From positions 1-34,682 of IMG/VR virus record IMGVR_UViG_3300036766_000188: 34,682 bases of DNA. One strand, written 5' to 3'. This document shows, piece by piece, positions 1 through 9,571 of this stretch (its first letter is position 1; every line of letters begins with the position of its first letter). Made by a program: the position numbers and the translations under genes. A model generated the notes under the pieces. It was not told the DNA's origin. It did no database searches and saw nothing but the letters and a program-made list of their open reading frames with translations. This stretch comes from a virus (Duplodnaviria > Caudoviricetes).

Positions 1-777
1 AGCGAAGCCGGTGGTGTGGTGTTCGGCGAATTTACTATATCCGATCATGGAACTACTTGCCCAAACCCCGCTACACTCTGGAGAACTGGATGGACTCCAC
101 GTGAAGGTCTTGACCCTCATGATGCAAGACCCTCCGTATTTTCGATTGTGGCATTGAAGGAGAAGGGAGGTTTAACGTACGCACTTGCTCTTAGAACTTT
201 CAATTTAGATTCCAAGTCGGTGGATGGTACTTTGGAACAGATTCGGTCCATTAGACAGTTGATGCAATATGACCAGCCAGATAAAATTGTTTTAGATGCC
301 AAGTACGGTGTTAAGAAAAACAAGTCCGGGCAAACCTGGGAACAAATGCTTAGTGAAAACGACGAGCCGGTGGAATTAAGTTTCTCAAACCCCGGAGCTA
401 TTGAGTTTGGGCACAAGATTATTCGTGATTTTTTGAGGAAGGACGACGGCTCGCCTCGGTTGTTAGTTGACTTGGAAGGCGCAGAAATGTTAATCACTTC
501 CTTTCAACGCTATTCATATGATGAATTTGGAAGGGTGCGAGAGAACTACAAAGACCCAATGGATACTTTAAGATACATTATTACCTCGGGTCCACCCACA
601 CCTGTTTTTAATTTAGAACAGGCGGAGAAGATTCCAAGTTGGACACAGATGATAAATGCAAGTGCGCCCTTGCCAAGTGTGAGGGGAATGAAGATGAACC
701 CAACAATGGAGGATAAGGCTCTTGAGGAGGGGATTTTTTATGGTCCTTCCGCTTCTCAGGAAATGCCTTCCTTATAA
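1..777 (+). CDS. terL: Terminase large subunit, C-terminal nuclease domain (5' truncated)
   Basis: Frame is open from base 1 (SEAGGVVFGEF). RNase H-like motifs GLDPH, IVLD and a terminal DPMDTLRY. Lies upstream of the portal. Confidence 0.85.
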   Translation, partial: SEAGGVVFGEFTISDHGTTCPNPATLWRTGWTPREGLDPHDARPSVFSIVALKEKGGLTYALALRTFNLDSKSVDGTLEQIRSIRQLMQYDQPDKIVLDAKYGVKKNKSGQTWEQMLSENDEPVELSFSNPGAIEFGHKIIRDFLRKDDGSPRLLVDLEGAEMLITSFQRYSYDEFGRVRENYKDPMDTLRYIITSGPPTPVFNLEQAEKIPSWTQMINASAPLPSVRGMKMNPTMEDKALEEGIFYGPSASQEMPSL

Positions 778-805
778 ACAAAACTAAGAAAGAGGAGAAA
801 CAAAA

Positions 806-1099
806 ATGGGCGATAGAGATTTAGTAGGTGGTCGGATGGCACGGCACATGCAGTTGCTCCAGAAGGTCTCTGCTGCGGCAAGTTCAGTACACACTCTGGA
901 CCCTCCTGCCGTTGCCGTGTTGAATGTGTTTGTAACCTCTGGTGGGGCCTTGATGACTCCCTTGATGCCTGGGACTACCCCCACCACTGGCAAGTATACT
1001 TGGAACCCTAAAATAAACAGCATTGCTTTCTACTCAACTGAGGGTGATAGCGGCGCAGCTACCATCGTTTACTTGGCGGAGGCCGGTGGTGTGGTTTAA
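806..1099 (+). CDS. Hypothetical protein, possibly virion-associated
   Basis: 97 aa ORF with strong SD AAGAAAGAGGAG, in the morphogenesis operon. Confidence 0.75.
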   Translation: MGDRDLVGGRMARHMQLLQKVSAAASSVHTLDPPAVAVLNVFVTSGGALMTPLMPGTTPTTGKYTWNPKINSIAFYSTEGDSGAATIVYLAEAGGVV

Positions 1100-1463
1100 G
1101 TCAAAGGACAAAGAAAAGGCCAAAACTACCGAACGCCTACTCACTTTAGAGGCGGCCATTTCCAATCTTCGTAGGCGTTTACGAGAAACCAAGCGAGAAT
1201 TGGATTTAGTAAAAAGTGACCAGCACAAGTTCGAGCGAGAGTTACTTTTGAAACTTGGCCGCCTTGAAGGTGTGTTGGGAATTGGTTTAAGTGGTGGTGT
1301 GGAGGGTGGAGAAAATCTTCCAAATCCCAATGTTGGACTTGAGTTTGAAAAGCGCAGGCAGGAAGAAGAAGCCGAGCGGATTGCACTTGAGCAACTTGGC
1401 ACAGGTGGTTCCGCTCAGTCAATGGCACCGGCGATTGTTAAACGAAGCGAAGAAGAGGAATAG
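1089..1463 (+). CDS. Hypothetical coiled-coil protein
   Basis: ORF track gives 1023..1463. GTG at 1089 follows GGAGG (1078-1082) and is the likelier start. Heptad-like LEAAISNLRRRLRETKRELDLV. Confidence 0.7.
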   Translation: MWFKSKDKEKAKTTERLLTLEAAISNLRRRLRETKRELDLVKSDQHKFERELLLKLGRLEGVLGIGLSGGVEGGENLPNPNVGLEFEKRRQEEEAERIALEQLGTGGSAQSMAPAIVKRSEEEE

Positions 1464-1474
1464 GTTAATAACAA

Positions 1475-3520
1475 ATGGCGGACTTTGGTCAAAAACCAAC
1501 AGACTACGACCCCGAAATTGGCAATGATGAAGAGGAAGTAAATCGAAATATTGCTAATTGGGTTGAAGAGAAGTATAAAGAGGACTTTGATACGAAGGTC
1601 CAACTTCAACACGTCTGGGCGGAGAATATCCACTTCTTCGCTGGCAATCAGACAATTTGGTTTAACCAAGCCTCGTCTCAGTTGCAGTCTATTACTTTGC
1701 CCACTGGTCAAGGTCCAAGGCAAATGACCAATCGCTTCTCTCCTTCAATAATGCAAGTAGTAGCAGATTTAACGAGAACAGAACCTGCTGCTACTGTCTT
1801 GCCCGATGCCAACACACCGGATGCGACTCTTAGGGCAAAGTTAGCGGAGAAGTTACGATATAAAATGTGGGACGACCTGGACGAGAACATGATGCAGATT
1901 TTTCTTGCTCTTTGGTTGTCCCTCACAGGAACAGGAGTTAAGGAAAATGCTTGGTCTTCTCATTTAGGGGATGTAACCTCCACTGTTTACGGGCCTTTTA
2001 ACCTTGGTATGCCTTCCTCCGCCAACGAACTTTTCTTCGAGCATAACACACCTTGGATTGGAAAGTGGACTATTCAGCCTTTGGTGTGGGTGCAGGAAAT
2101 GTATTCGCAGGAAAGTGAAGGGTTTTTCCCGCAGAACGCTAAGGACTTATCTGGGGAAGTGCCACAAGGCCCACTTTACACACTTTGGACTTTGAGGCAG
2201 GCTATTCCTCGATTGGGCGCACTTATAGGTGGGATGACCATTCCCAAGGGCGATTACTCAATTCTTAAAGAGGTTTACTTACAACCCAATGATACCTTTC
2301 CACAAGGCCGTTACTATGTAGTGGCCAATGGGAAACTCCTCTACAAAAGTGACTCACCTTACTTTATTTCTATAGGTCAAAGAAATGTATGGAACCCTTT
2401 CACTGTCTTTAAATACATTCCTTCCTTGGGTCGTTTTTTCGGCTGTTGCCCTGCTGATGATTTGGTTCCTCTCCAACGAAGACTAAATCAAATCCACGCT
2501 CAACTTGCTATCATTCGGAGGAAGATGGGCGGACCTCAATGGACTGTACCCTCACAAGCCAAAGTGCCTCAGTCCTACATTTCGGGGGATGCAGGTCTTG
2601 TAATTCGTTACACAGGCAACGCCTTTGGTAAACCCGAGAAGGTCGAGGCGTCAAATGTGCCTGTGTCGCTTTGGCAGGAAATTGAACAAATTGAAAAAGA
2701 CATGGGTTTGATTGCAGGTGATGTTGACGTGCTGCGGGCGCACCAACCTCGTGGTGCTCGTGGTGTTCAGGCCCTTCAATTAATGACTGAGATTGTGAGT
2801 AGTCGGCGGTCTCCCACTATTACCTTATGGGAAAAACAAATTGCAAAGTCCGAGCGGCTTAAATTGTTGATTTACAAGAAATATGCCCAGCAAGAAAACA
2901 CCGCTCGCTTGATAGTTTATGAAAATGAGTTTGGTCGACCGTTTATTGAGAACTTCTTCGGGGATCAAGTACCTGTCTCTTTAAGAATTGAGGCTGGTTC
3001 GACTATTCCTAAATTACAAGCGGCGCAGCAGCAACAGTTGTTAGCCGGGTTCAAGATGGGATTGTTCGGGCCTCCTGACGATCCGATGGTTACTAAAGCC
3101 ATTGCAGGTAAACTTGGAATGGGCGAGATTCAAACTTCGATGGAGACGGATATTAGAAAAGCAGAGTTGGAGAATAGTGCTATCTCCTTGATGCTGTTTC
3201 AGACTGTTGACTTTTTGCCTTTTGACAACCACCAAATTCATATTCAAATTCACACAATGGAAGTTAAACAACCGGGGTTTAAAGAGGCGCACCCAAATAG
3301 TATAACCTTTATGATTCAGCATATTCAACAGCACATGATGGCTGCGGCTGCAATGGAAAAACAGGCCATGCAGCAAAGAGTGCAGGAAGCATTGTTGAAG
3401 GCTGTAGGAGAACAGGCATTGAAACCACCTCCGGCGGAGGCAAATAAGGCAGGGTTGGACGGGGCAACAAAGACAGATAAACCTGCACCTTCCCATACTA
3501 ATGATGGTGGACAAAGTTAG
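1475..3520 (+). CDS. Portal protein (P22/podovirus-like)
   Basis: 681 aa after terL. Portal-like features: FFAGNQ, NRFSPSI, GRFFGCCPADDLVPLQRRLN, and a Q-rich helical C-terminus with DNHQIHIQIH. Confidence 0.9.
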   Translation: MADFGQKPTDYDPEIGNDEEEVNRNIANWVEEKYKEDFDTKVQLQHVWAENIHFFAGNQTIWFNQASSQLQSITLPTGQGPRQMTNRFSPSIMQVVADLTRTEPAATVLPDANTPDATLRAKLAEKLRYKMWDDLDENMMQIFLALWLSLTGTGVKENAWSSHLGDVTSTVYGPFNLGMPSSANELFFEHNTPWIGKWTIQPLVWVQEMYSQESEGFFPQNAKDLSGEVPQGPLYTLWTLRQAIPRLGALIGGMTIPKGDYSILKEVYLQPNDTFPQGRYYVVANGKLLYKSDSPYFISIGQRNVWNPFTVFKYIPSLGRFFGCCPADDLVPLQRRLNQIHAQLAIIRRKMGGPQWTVPSQAKVPQSYISGDAGLVIRYTGNAFGKPEKVEASNVPVSLWQEIEQIEKDMGLIAGDVDVLRAHQPRGARGVQALQLMTEIVSSRRSPTITLWEKQIAKSERLKLLIYKKYAQQENTARLIVYENEFGRPFIENFFGDQVPVSLRIEAGSTIPKLQAAQQQQLLAGFKMGLFGPPDDPMVTKAIAGKLGMGEIQTSMETDIRKAELENSAISLMLFQTVDFLPFDNHQIHIQIHTMEVKQPGFKEAHPNSITFMIQHIQQHMMAAAAMEKQAMQQRVQEALLKAVGEQALKPPPAEANKAGLDGATKTDKPAPSHTNDGGQS

Positions 3521-3524
3521 GTAG

Positions 3525-4481
3525 ATGAATCAACTAACTGATCAAATCTTACAGGCACTTCCCTTCTCCCTGCCACAGCGAGATGATAAGTGGAGTGACT
3601 TCCTTCCTCCAGTGGAAGGAAAAATGGGTGATGGCTTTACTGCTCGTCGGGCACATGGACAACACAATGGGGGAGATATACACGCTGCGCCTGGGACACC
3701 TGTTGTTGCTCCTCGGGATATGGTTTACTTGTATGGGGGTAAAGGCGGTACAAATCTTAGGAATAACGACTATTGGGCGCACTTTAAAGACCCAGAAACG
3801 GGCAAGGAATATCGGTTCGTCCATATGTCAGGTGTGCCTAAGTTAAACCCTGGAGATGTGGTTAAACAGGGCGAGCAATGGTCAACTGTGGGCAATGTAG
3901 TTGACAACCCACACATCCACATGAGTGTCTATAATCCGAAGGAAGGACAGTCGGAGGATTGGCCGAGTGCTTTGGGCTTGACACAAGGGCGGGTTACGAT
4001 TGCAAGTAATCCTCAATTAGAACGGCGTATTGCATCGGTGGCGTCTACTATTCCACAACAGAGTGAACCTCGAGGCGAATCAATCGCCTTTGAGAAAGGA
4101 GGACGGAGTTATATGGACCCTTCAATGTTAGCAGCTGGTGGTTTTGGTGCGTCTATTCCAGGTCTTGACATTGGGAACTTGTCTGAGGGGATTAGTCAAG
4201 GTAGAGACACTCAACAAAGTTTCCTTGGACAAGTCCTTGAGGCTCTTGGGTCTTACGGTAAGAAAGACGGCGGACTTGGTGGTACGATTGGTGGTATGGC
4301 CGGTGGGGCCGCTGTGGGTGCTGGAGTTGGTGAACTTGCCGGAGATGTTGTCAAGTTATTGATGCTAAACAAAGCCGACAAAATGGCCCGACAGCATGCT
4401 GGTTGGCTTCAAAACATAGCAGCGAATCCTCCTCGACCGGATTGGGCGAGGGGAATGAGTGGTCCCGGGTTGAATACATAA
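3525..4481 (+). CDS. M23-family Zn metallopeptidase fused to a Gly-rich C-terminal region
   Basis: HNGGD (HxxxD), GTPVVAP, FVHMS, VKQGE and PHIH (HxH) motifs. C-terminal glycine-zipper-like GGLGGTIGGMAGGAAVGAGVG. Confidence 0.85.
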   Translation: MNQLTDQILQALPFSLPQRDDKWSDFLPPVEGKMGDGFTARRAHGQHNGGDIHAAPGTPVVAPRDMVYLYGGKGGTNLRNNDYWAHFKDPETGKEYRFVHMSGVPKLNPGDVVKQGEQWSTVGNVVDNPHIHMSVYNPKEGQSEDWPSALGLTQGRVTIASNPQLERRIASVASTIPQQSEPRGESIAFEKGGRSYMDPSMLAAGGFGASIPGLDIGNLSEGISQGRDTQQSFLGQVLEALGSYGKKDGGLGGTIGGMAGGAAVGAGVGELAGDVVKLLMLNKADKMARQHAGWLQNIAANPPRPDWARGMSGPGLNT

Positions 4482-4509
4482 AAAAGTAAAAACAAAGGAG
4501 ACAAGACAA

Positions 4510-5394
4510 ATGTGTTGGTTTACTTTAATGAATCAAGAACCTTGGCAAAAGTGGTTTAAGACAAATTCAAGTATTCTCTCCGATAGTGAGGAAGGCGGAG
4601 GGGGTGGCGGTGCCCCGTCAGGTGACGCACCCGCTGGCGGGGTGCCTTCTTCTCCTACTGAGGGAGGAACGCCTGCCAGTGCGCCCACCGAAGGTGCGCC
4701 TACCGCTCCAACTCCTCCCGCTGCTCCAACTCCTTCCACTGCTCCAGATTCTGCTGCAATGTGGCGGGAACAAGCTGATTATATGCGGGGTGAATTGCAG
4801 CGGACAACGGCAGCTTTACAGCAGGTTTTAAGACAACAGCAAGATGCATCTCCCGCTGGTGTGTTTACTCCCGGGGGGAAACCGGGTGATTTGTTCAATA
4901 TCGACGAGAAGGAGTTGGCGAATCTTCATCCTGCTGTGCAAGCAATGTTCCGTGCCATGAAGGAATTGCACGAGAATGTAGGGGGGATTAAGACTCAGTT
5001 TGATCAAACAACCCGAGCCACTGCTGTGGAGAAAGAAGCGCAACAATTAAGAGAAACTGAAACTGCACTTAATGCTTATATTGATACTTCCTTGGAAAAT
5101 GCCCAGCTTCCTAAAGGGGGCACCTTGACAAACATGGTGAGTCGGGTTGCTCTTCAATCTCTTCGCAACTTACACTCACAAGGCTATGCAATTACTCGAA
5201 GTGTTATTGACAGTGTCGTGGGGGATTTAGTATCCTCAATCAAGCAAGACATGGCACCTAAACAACCAACCACCCTCCCGCCTCAACCGAAACCAGGTGG
5301 TGGGGGAAATCCACAACTTCCAGCAGTGCCTACTGCCGCTGATCGTAAGGCGGCTTTAACGGCAGCAATATCATCATTTTCTACGGAGGATTAG
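4510..5394 (+). CDS. Capsid scaffolding protein
   Basis: Pro/Ala/Gly low-complexity N-terminus followed by coiled coil, immediately upstream of the capsid gene, SD AAAGGAG. Confidence 0.75.
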   Translation: MCWFTLMNQEPWQKWFKTNSSILSDSEEGGGGGGAPSGDAPAGGVPSSPTEGGTPASAPTEGAPTAPTPPAAPTPSTAPDSAAMWREQADYMRGELQRTTAALQQVLRQQQDASPAGVFTPGGKPGDLFNIDEKELANLHPAVQAMFRAMKELHENVGGIKTQFDQTTRATAVEKEAQQLRETETALNAYIDTSLENAQLPKGGTLTNMVSRVALQSLRNLHSQGYAITRSVIDSVVGDLVSSIKQDMAPKQPTTLPPQPKPGGGGNPQLPAVPTAADRKAALTAAISSFSTED

Positions 5395-5400
5395 AAAGAA

Positions 5401-6600
5401 ATGGCCATCGATTATGCATCTCTTGGTGGAATCATCAAGAAAGTCTACGACAAGAACTTTATCACCAACCACATTGTGGAAGAAAGCTTCCTCTATGACA
5501 AGATCAGTGTGGCAGGTGATAAACCGGCAGGCGAAGGTTATTACTTCGCTGGGCGTTTTGCCCGGAATCAGGGTGGTGGGTCTCAGAATGAGAAAGAGGC
5601 TCTTCGTCAGAGTGGCGCACCTTTGATTAAACAGGCTTATATTCTGCCCAAGGTGTTTACTTGGACTGGTCAGTTAACCGGCTTGGCCGCAGCGATGGCT
5701 AAGGGTGAACCAGGGTCGTTTGCTAACATTATGGACGATGCTTTCACTGATGCTTTGGCGGCGGCAAGGCAGGATTTGGACCGGCAGTTCTATGGGATTG
5801 GTGATGGGAAGGTTGGCACTGTTTCTGGAACTGTTACCTCCGCCACTCAGACGGTGGACAACCCGCTGAACTTCATGCCGGGGGCCTACTATGACCAGTA
5901 TGCTGCTGCTGGTACCTTGACGGCGAGTGGTTTGTTGGTTAGCGACATTGATCCCTTCGCTATGACCGTAACTTTCTCGACTTCTGTTACGGGCACCACT
6001 CTTGACTATTATGTCAAGCAAGGCATGAAGATCAATGCCCCTGCCGACGGCAAGGAAATGATGGGTATCCGAGGGATCATCGACGATGGTTCCAAGGTGG
6101 ACCTATTCGAGGGTCTCTACCGGGCTTCTTCCACTTATTACAAACTGTGGAGGGGATTGGTTATCGCCGCTGGTTCTGTGGACTTGACCGCTGATATTCT
6201 CCGCAGGGCCAGTGACCGCTTGCAAGTAATGGGTTGCAAGAATCCGCTACTTCTGAGCAACTTCGGCCAGCGGCGCAAGTATTTGTCCTTGGTCCAGCCG
6301 CAGCGGCGTTTTATGGACGCCAAGTTTGATGCTGGTTATTCCATCCTGGAGTGGGATGGCAAACCTTGGTTTGTCTCCGCACGGTGTCCCAAGGGTGCTG
6401 TGTATCAGCCTAACTTCTCCAACATTCAGAAGTTTGAGGTTCTTCCTCTTCAACTGGATACTACGGGTGGCACTCTCAAACCCTTAACCGGCTACGATGT
6501 GGCGTATTTCTACTATAAACAGTACGCCAATCTTGGTAGCAAACAACCCAACCAGGCGGGTATCGTAATTGAAGGTTTGAACGAGCCCACTTATTACTAA
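5401..6600 (+). CDS. Major capsid protein (HK97 fold)
   Basis: 399 aa after the scaffold. DLDRQFYGIGDG and EMMGIRGII are typical of uncultured podovirus capsid proteins. Double stop codon. Confidence 0.9.
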   Translation: MAIDYASLGGIIKKVYDKNFITNHIVEESFLYDKISVAGDKPAGEGYYFAGRFARNQGGGSQNEKEALRQSGAPLIKQAYILPKVFTWTGQLTGLAAAMAKGEPGSFANIMDDAFTDALAAARQDLDRQFYGIGDGKVGTVSGTVTSATQTVDNPLNFMPGAYYDQYAAAGTLTASGLLVSDIDPFAMTVTFSTSVTGTTLDYYVKQGMKINAPADGKEMMGIRGIIDDGSKVDLFEGLYRASSTYYKLWRGLVIAAGSVDLTADILRRASDRLQVMGCKNPLLLSNFGQRRKYLSLVQPQRRFMDAKFDAGYSILEWDGKPWFVSARCPKGAVYQPNFSNIQKFEVLPLQLDTTGGTLKPLTGYDVAYFYYKQYANLGSKQPNQAGIVIEGLNEPTYY

Positions 6601-6632
6601 TAACTTTAAGTTGGTAGAAAGAGGAGTCCCGG

Positions 6633-7103
6633 GTGAGCATACCAGCTTATTTGGCCCAAGAGATGCACTCCCTGGACCCAAGGCTCTTTGTTGATTTCAA
6701 TGGTGCTTTGGGTCTATGGGAAGTTCGCCTCTTCTTAAAGGAGAGTGAATGCAACTTGGAGGGGATACCTCGGCTTGAAGCTAAGGAGGTTTTCCCTGTG
6801 ATTGGTCTTGGCAATGTGGTGGAGTTACGCCCGACCTCAATTTGTGTAAAGCGAGTGCAAACTCAAACCGGTCTTTACAGACCCTTTGATATGGACGTTA
6901 TTAACTACTTGAAAAAGATTGACGTCCATCGCTGGGGGCGTTTGAAAGACTGGCTTGATTTTGTGGATAACATTGGCAAAGGTGAAATTGAAAGTAAACG
7001 AGCCCTGAGTAGTGAAAGTCGAGTAAAACAAATAAAGGCAGACTGGCACTCTGCTCATGTTGAAAGGAGATTCATTGACTATGGCCACCATGTATGTGTT
7101 TAA
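6633..7103 (+). CDS. Hypothetical protein
   Basis: 156 aa, GTG start after SD AAAGAGGAG. Confidence 0.75.
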   Translation: MSIPAYLAQEMHSLDPRLFVDFNGALGLWEVRLFLKESECNLEGIPRLEAKEVFPVIGLGNVVELRPTSICVKRVQTQTGLYRPFDMDVINYLKKIDVHRWGRLKDWLDFVDNIGKGEIESKRALSSESRVKQIKADWHSAHVERRFIDYGHHVCV

Positions 7104-7608
7104 TCCAACAAAGGAACACGTGACTCGAGAGTTAGGTGGGAAGGAATACTACATTCCTGCTGGTAAGGTAATTGAAGTCGATCAGGGGATGGGCGAGTTC
7201 CTTATTGAAGCCAGAGGAGAAATGGCCGGTATTCCTCCGGGGGGAACAACTTGGTTTGGTTTAGTTCCTCTAACGCCTGATGACAAAGTGGAGGAAGTGG
7301 CAAAGAGGGGATTGGAGAATTGGAGTCGCTTGTTGAATCATCGACTTCTTTCTATCGACAATCTTATTCAAGAAGGTACTTCTCCAGATGGGAAACAAAG
7401 TTTCTCAGTGATGCAGTTGCTAAAAGACCCACGAATTTTAAAGTGGAAGGCAGACTTGCAGTGGGTTGAGGACGTGCTGGCGGGGAAGGTCGAGTATGAT
7501 GCCTCAGGTAATGTGGGTGAGTCCTTGAGCAAAGAGGTGAAACCAAAACGTGCGCCAAAAGGAGTTGATATTGTCCAGCAAATGGACAATTTAGACTCTA
7601 CAATTTAA
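7081..7608 (+). CDS. Hypothetical protein
   Basis: ORF track gives 7057..7608. ATG at 7081 follows SD GAAAGGAG. Confidence 0.75.
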   Translation: MATMYVFNPTKEHVTRELGGKEYYIPAGKVIEVDQGMGEFLIEARGEMAGIPPGGTTWFGLVPLTPDDKVEEVAKRGLENWSRLLNHRLLSIDNLIQEGTSPDGKQSFSVMQLLKDPRILKWKADLQWVEDVLAGKVEYDASGNVGESLSKEVKPKRAPKGVDIVQQMDNLDSTI

Positions 7609-7634
7609 AGTTGAGTGGAAAGGAAACTCTTACA

Positions 7635-7829
7635 ATGCCTAAACAAATGGAATTGGACTTAAAAGCTGAGGCACGTAAAAAAGGTTTAACTGGTAAACAC
7701 GCCGATGCTTATGTCTATGGAACAATGCGTAAAACTGGATGGACCCCGGGACAAGGAACTGAAGGAAATAGTCCCACTTCTAATTTCCATAGTCAAGTGC
7801 AAGGTGCCTTAAAGCAAGGAAAGAAGTAA
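7635..7829 (+). CDS. Small basic hypothetical protein
   Basis: ORF track gives 7611..7829. ATG at 7635 follows GAAAGGA. Contains AYVYGTMRKTGW. Stop overlaps the next start (TAATG). Confidence 0.7.
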   Translation: MPKQMELDLKAEARKKGLTGKHADAYVYGTMRKTGWTPGQGTEGNSPTSNFHSQVQGALKQGKK

Positions 7830-8530
7830 TGAGCACTCTCGCTTCTTTAATAAAAGACATGAGACTGCAACTTCGTCGGTATGGGGCCTCTACACAAATA
7901 AACCCGGATGAGGCTCGTTGGTATATCAACCTTGCGTATACTTACTACCTCATGCGCTTGGGTGCTCATAAAGAAACCGACCTTGTCTCTCGTTTGGCTG
8001 CAATAGACTTGGAAGAGGCTGTTGCTACCTACGCCATACCAGATAGTCTGGTTAATGTAACAGCAGTTATTATCAACTATGAAGGGGCTGAGTATTATCT
8101 TTACCGTTATGAACCTAAATTCGGAGTTGTCCCAGTAGGCATTGGCGGCTGGATGACAAGTTGGTTTGAAGGTGGTTGGTTTTCCACTGACACACCAGCT
8201 ATCGTCGGGGATTGGATGCCCATTGCACAGTTTCAGGGACGCACCTTGCGTTTATTACCTGCCCCGGTTGTAGATATTCCAGGGGGATTGATTTTTGAAG
8301 GGACGGTATTTCCCACTTTGTTAGTGGACGCAACAGATATTGTTTCTACTGTCTTGCCTTTGGTTTATCATCCTTTAATCGTGTTAAAATCGGCAGTGTT
8401 TGCCTTGGCGGATAGTAAACAACCCGTCGATGCAGCCGAGTCAGCTCTCTCCGACATGGAAGCCATGTTTGATGTTATGTCCGCTAATCGTACTCAAATG
8501 CGAGAGATTGTTGACGATGCGTCTTACTAA
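7829..8530 (+). CDS. Head-tail adaptor / ring protein, copy 1
   Basis: TLASLIKDMRLQL...YINLAY N-terminus, LRLLPAP and YHPLIV, the typical podovirus adaptor pattern. Confidence 0.75.
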   Translation: MSTLASLIKDMRLQLRRYGASTQINPDEARWYINLAYTYYLMRLGAHKETDLVSRLAAIDLEEAVATYAIPDSLVNVTAVIINYEGAEYYLYRYEPKFGVVPVGIGGWMTSWFEGGWFSTDTPAIVGDWMPIAQFQGRTLRLLPAPVVDIPGGLIFEGTVFPTLLVDATDIVSTVLPLVYHPLIVLKSAVFALADSKQPVDAAESALSDMEAMFDVMSANRTQMREIVDDASY

Positions 8531-8551
8531 AGAGGCGGAGGGGCTTTAAGA

Positions 8552-8794
8552 ATGGGCGATCTTACAGCGAATGGGTATTTGTATAAACCTATCTTAACCG
8601 CACGTGGAGCAACCGAATTAGCTTCCTTCCACACTGGGTTGGATAGGGTTGATGCAAAGTTGGCGGAGTTGGATACTCGTGCGCCCGCTCTCACTTTGTC
8701 TACCTACGCAAATAATGCAGCCGCCTTGGCTGGAGGTTTAACCGCTGGTGAATTTTATAAGACCTCCACTGGCGTTGTGATGGTTGTTTATTAA
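8552..8794 (+). CDS. Small virion protein, short fibre-like
   Basis: 80 aa, SD GGAGG. C-terminal YANNAAALAGGLTAGEFYKT resembles phage fibre tips. Confidence 0.65.
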   Translation: MGDLTANGYLYKPILTARGATELASFHTGLDRVDAKLAELDTRAPALTLSTYANNAAALAGGLTAGEFYKTSTGVVMVVY

Positions 8795-8813
8795 AAAAGA
8801 AGGATCAAACTAA

Positions 8814-9551
8814 ATGCCCTCACATATGGCAGCAATGACTCTGACTGACTTGATTGCACTTACTCGTGTGTACCTGCACGAGTACGATACTTCGCAAGGG
8901 GATTTTTGGTCTATCACTAATCTGACCAAGCACATTAACTCCGCCTATCGTTATTATATGTTGTTGGTTGAGCGTCACGACTGGGGGGCATTTGCTGAGG
9001 CTTTTACACCTATTAATGTGGTAGCCAATACAACAACCTACATTGACTTACCACCAGAGTTCTTAACTCCCTGGGCTCTTTGGTGGAAGGAAACTGGCGC
9101 AGTGATACCCACATTGATATGGAAATCCCCAAGGTTTAAAGGCGCAGAAAGTTTTAGTGGGTCGGACTTGTTCTTTGAGGATGATAGCCTTACAATAAAA
9201 CCTACTGTTAGAGTTCTTGGCGGGCGGGTTTATTTAATTCCTACCCCTACTGTTAGTGGAACAATTATTCCTGAGGGCATTGTGTTTCCAATAGAGTTAA
9301 CTGGAACCGCAGAGGTGGATGTAAGAATTCATCCTGTGATTCATCCTCTTATTGCACAGAGGGCTGCTTTCTTTGCCCTTGCTGAGGATGGGGAGAACAT
9401 TCAAAATTACACTGGCTTAGTAACTTCCTTAGCTGCGGCAGAACAGAACTTCAAGGAAATCCTTGACATTGCTTGTTTCAATCCGTTAAATACTGAAACT
9501 AAAATGGATGCTATGCCCGCTACTGGGCCTACTGCTCCCACTCAAAGATAA
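8814..9551 (+). CDS. Head-tail adaptor / ring protein, copy 2 (paralogue of 7829..8530)
   Basis: MTLTDLIALTRVYL...HINSAYRYY, VYLIPTP, EGIVFP and IHPLIAQRAAFFALAE align by eye with copy 1. Confidence 0.75.
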   Translation: MPSHMAAMTLTDLIALTRVYLHEYDTSQGDFWSITNLTKHINSAYRYYMLLVERHDWGAFAEAFTPINVVANTTTYIDLPPEFLTPWALWWKETGAVIPTLIWKSPRFKGAESFSGSDLFFEDDSLTIKPTVRVLGGRVYLIPTPTVSGTIIPEGIVFPIELTGTAEVDVRIHPVIHPLIAQRAAFFALAEDGENIQNYTGLVTSLAAAEQNFKEILDIACFNPLNTETKMDAMPATGPTAPTQR

Positions 9552-9571
9552 GAAAAGTTAAGGCTAATTAA

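Noticed and set aside
7-1095. 14-bp repeat GCCGGTGGTGTGGT at 7-20 and 1082-1095 (EAGGVV in two proteins)
   Set aside because: One or two 14-mer matches are expected by chance in 35 kb, and both copies fit their coding context
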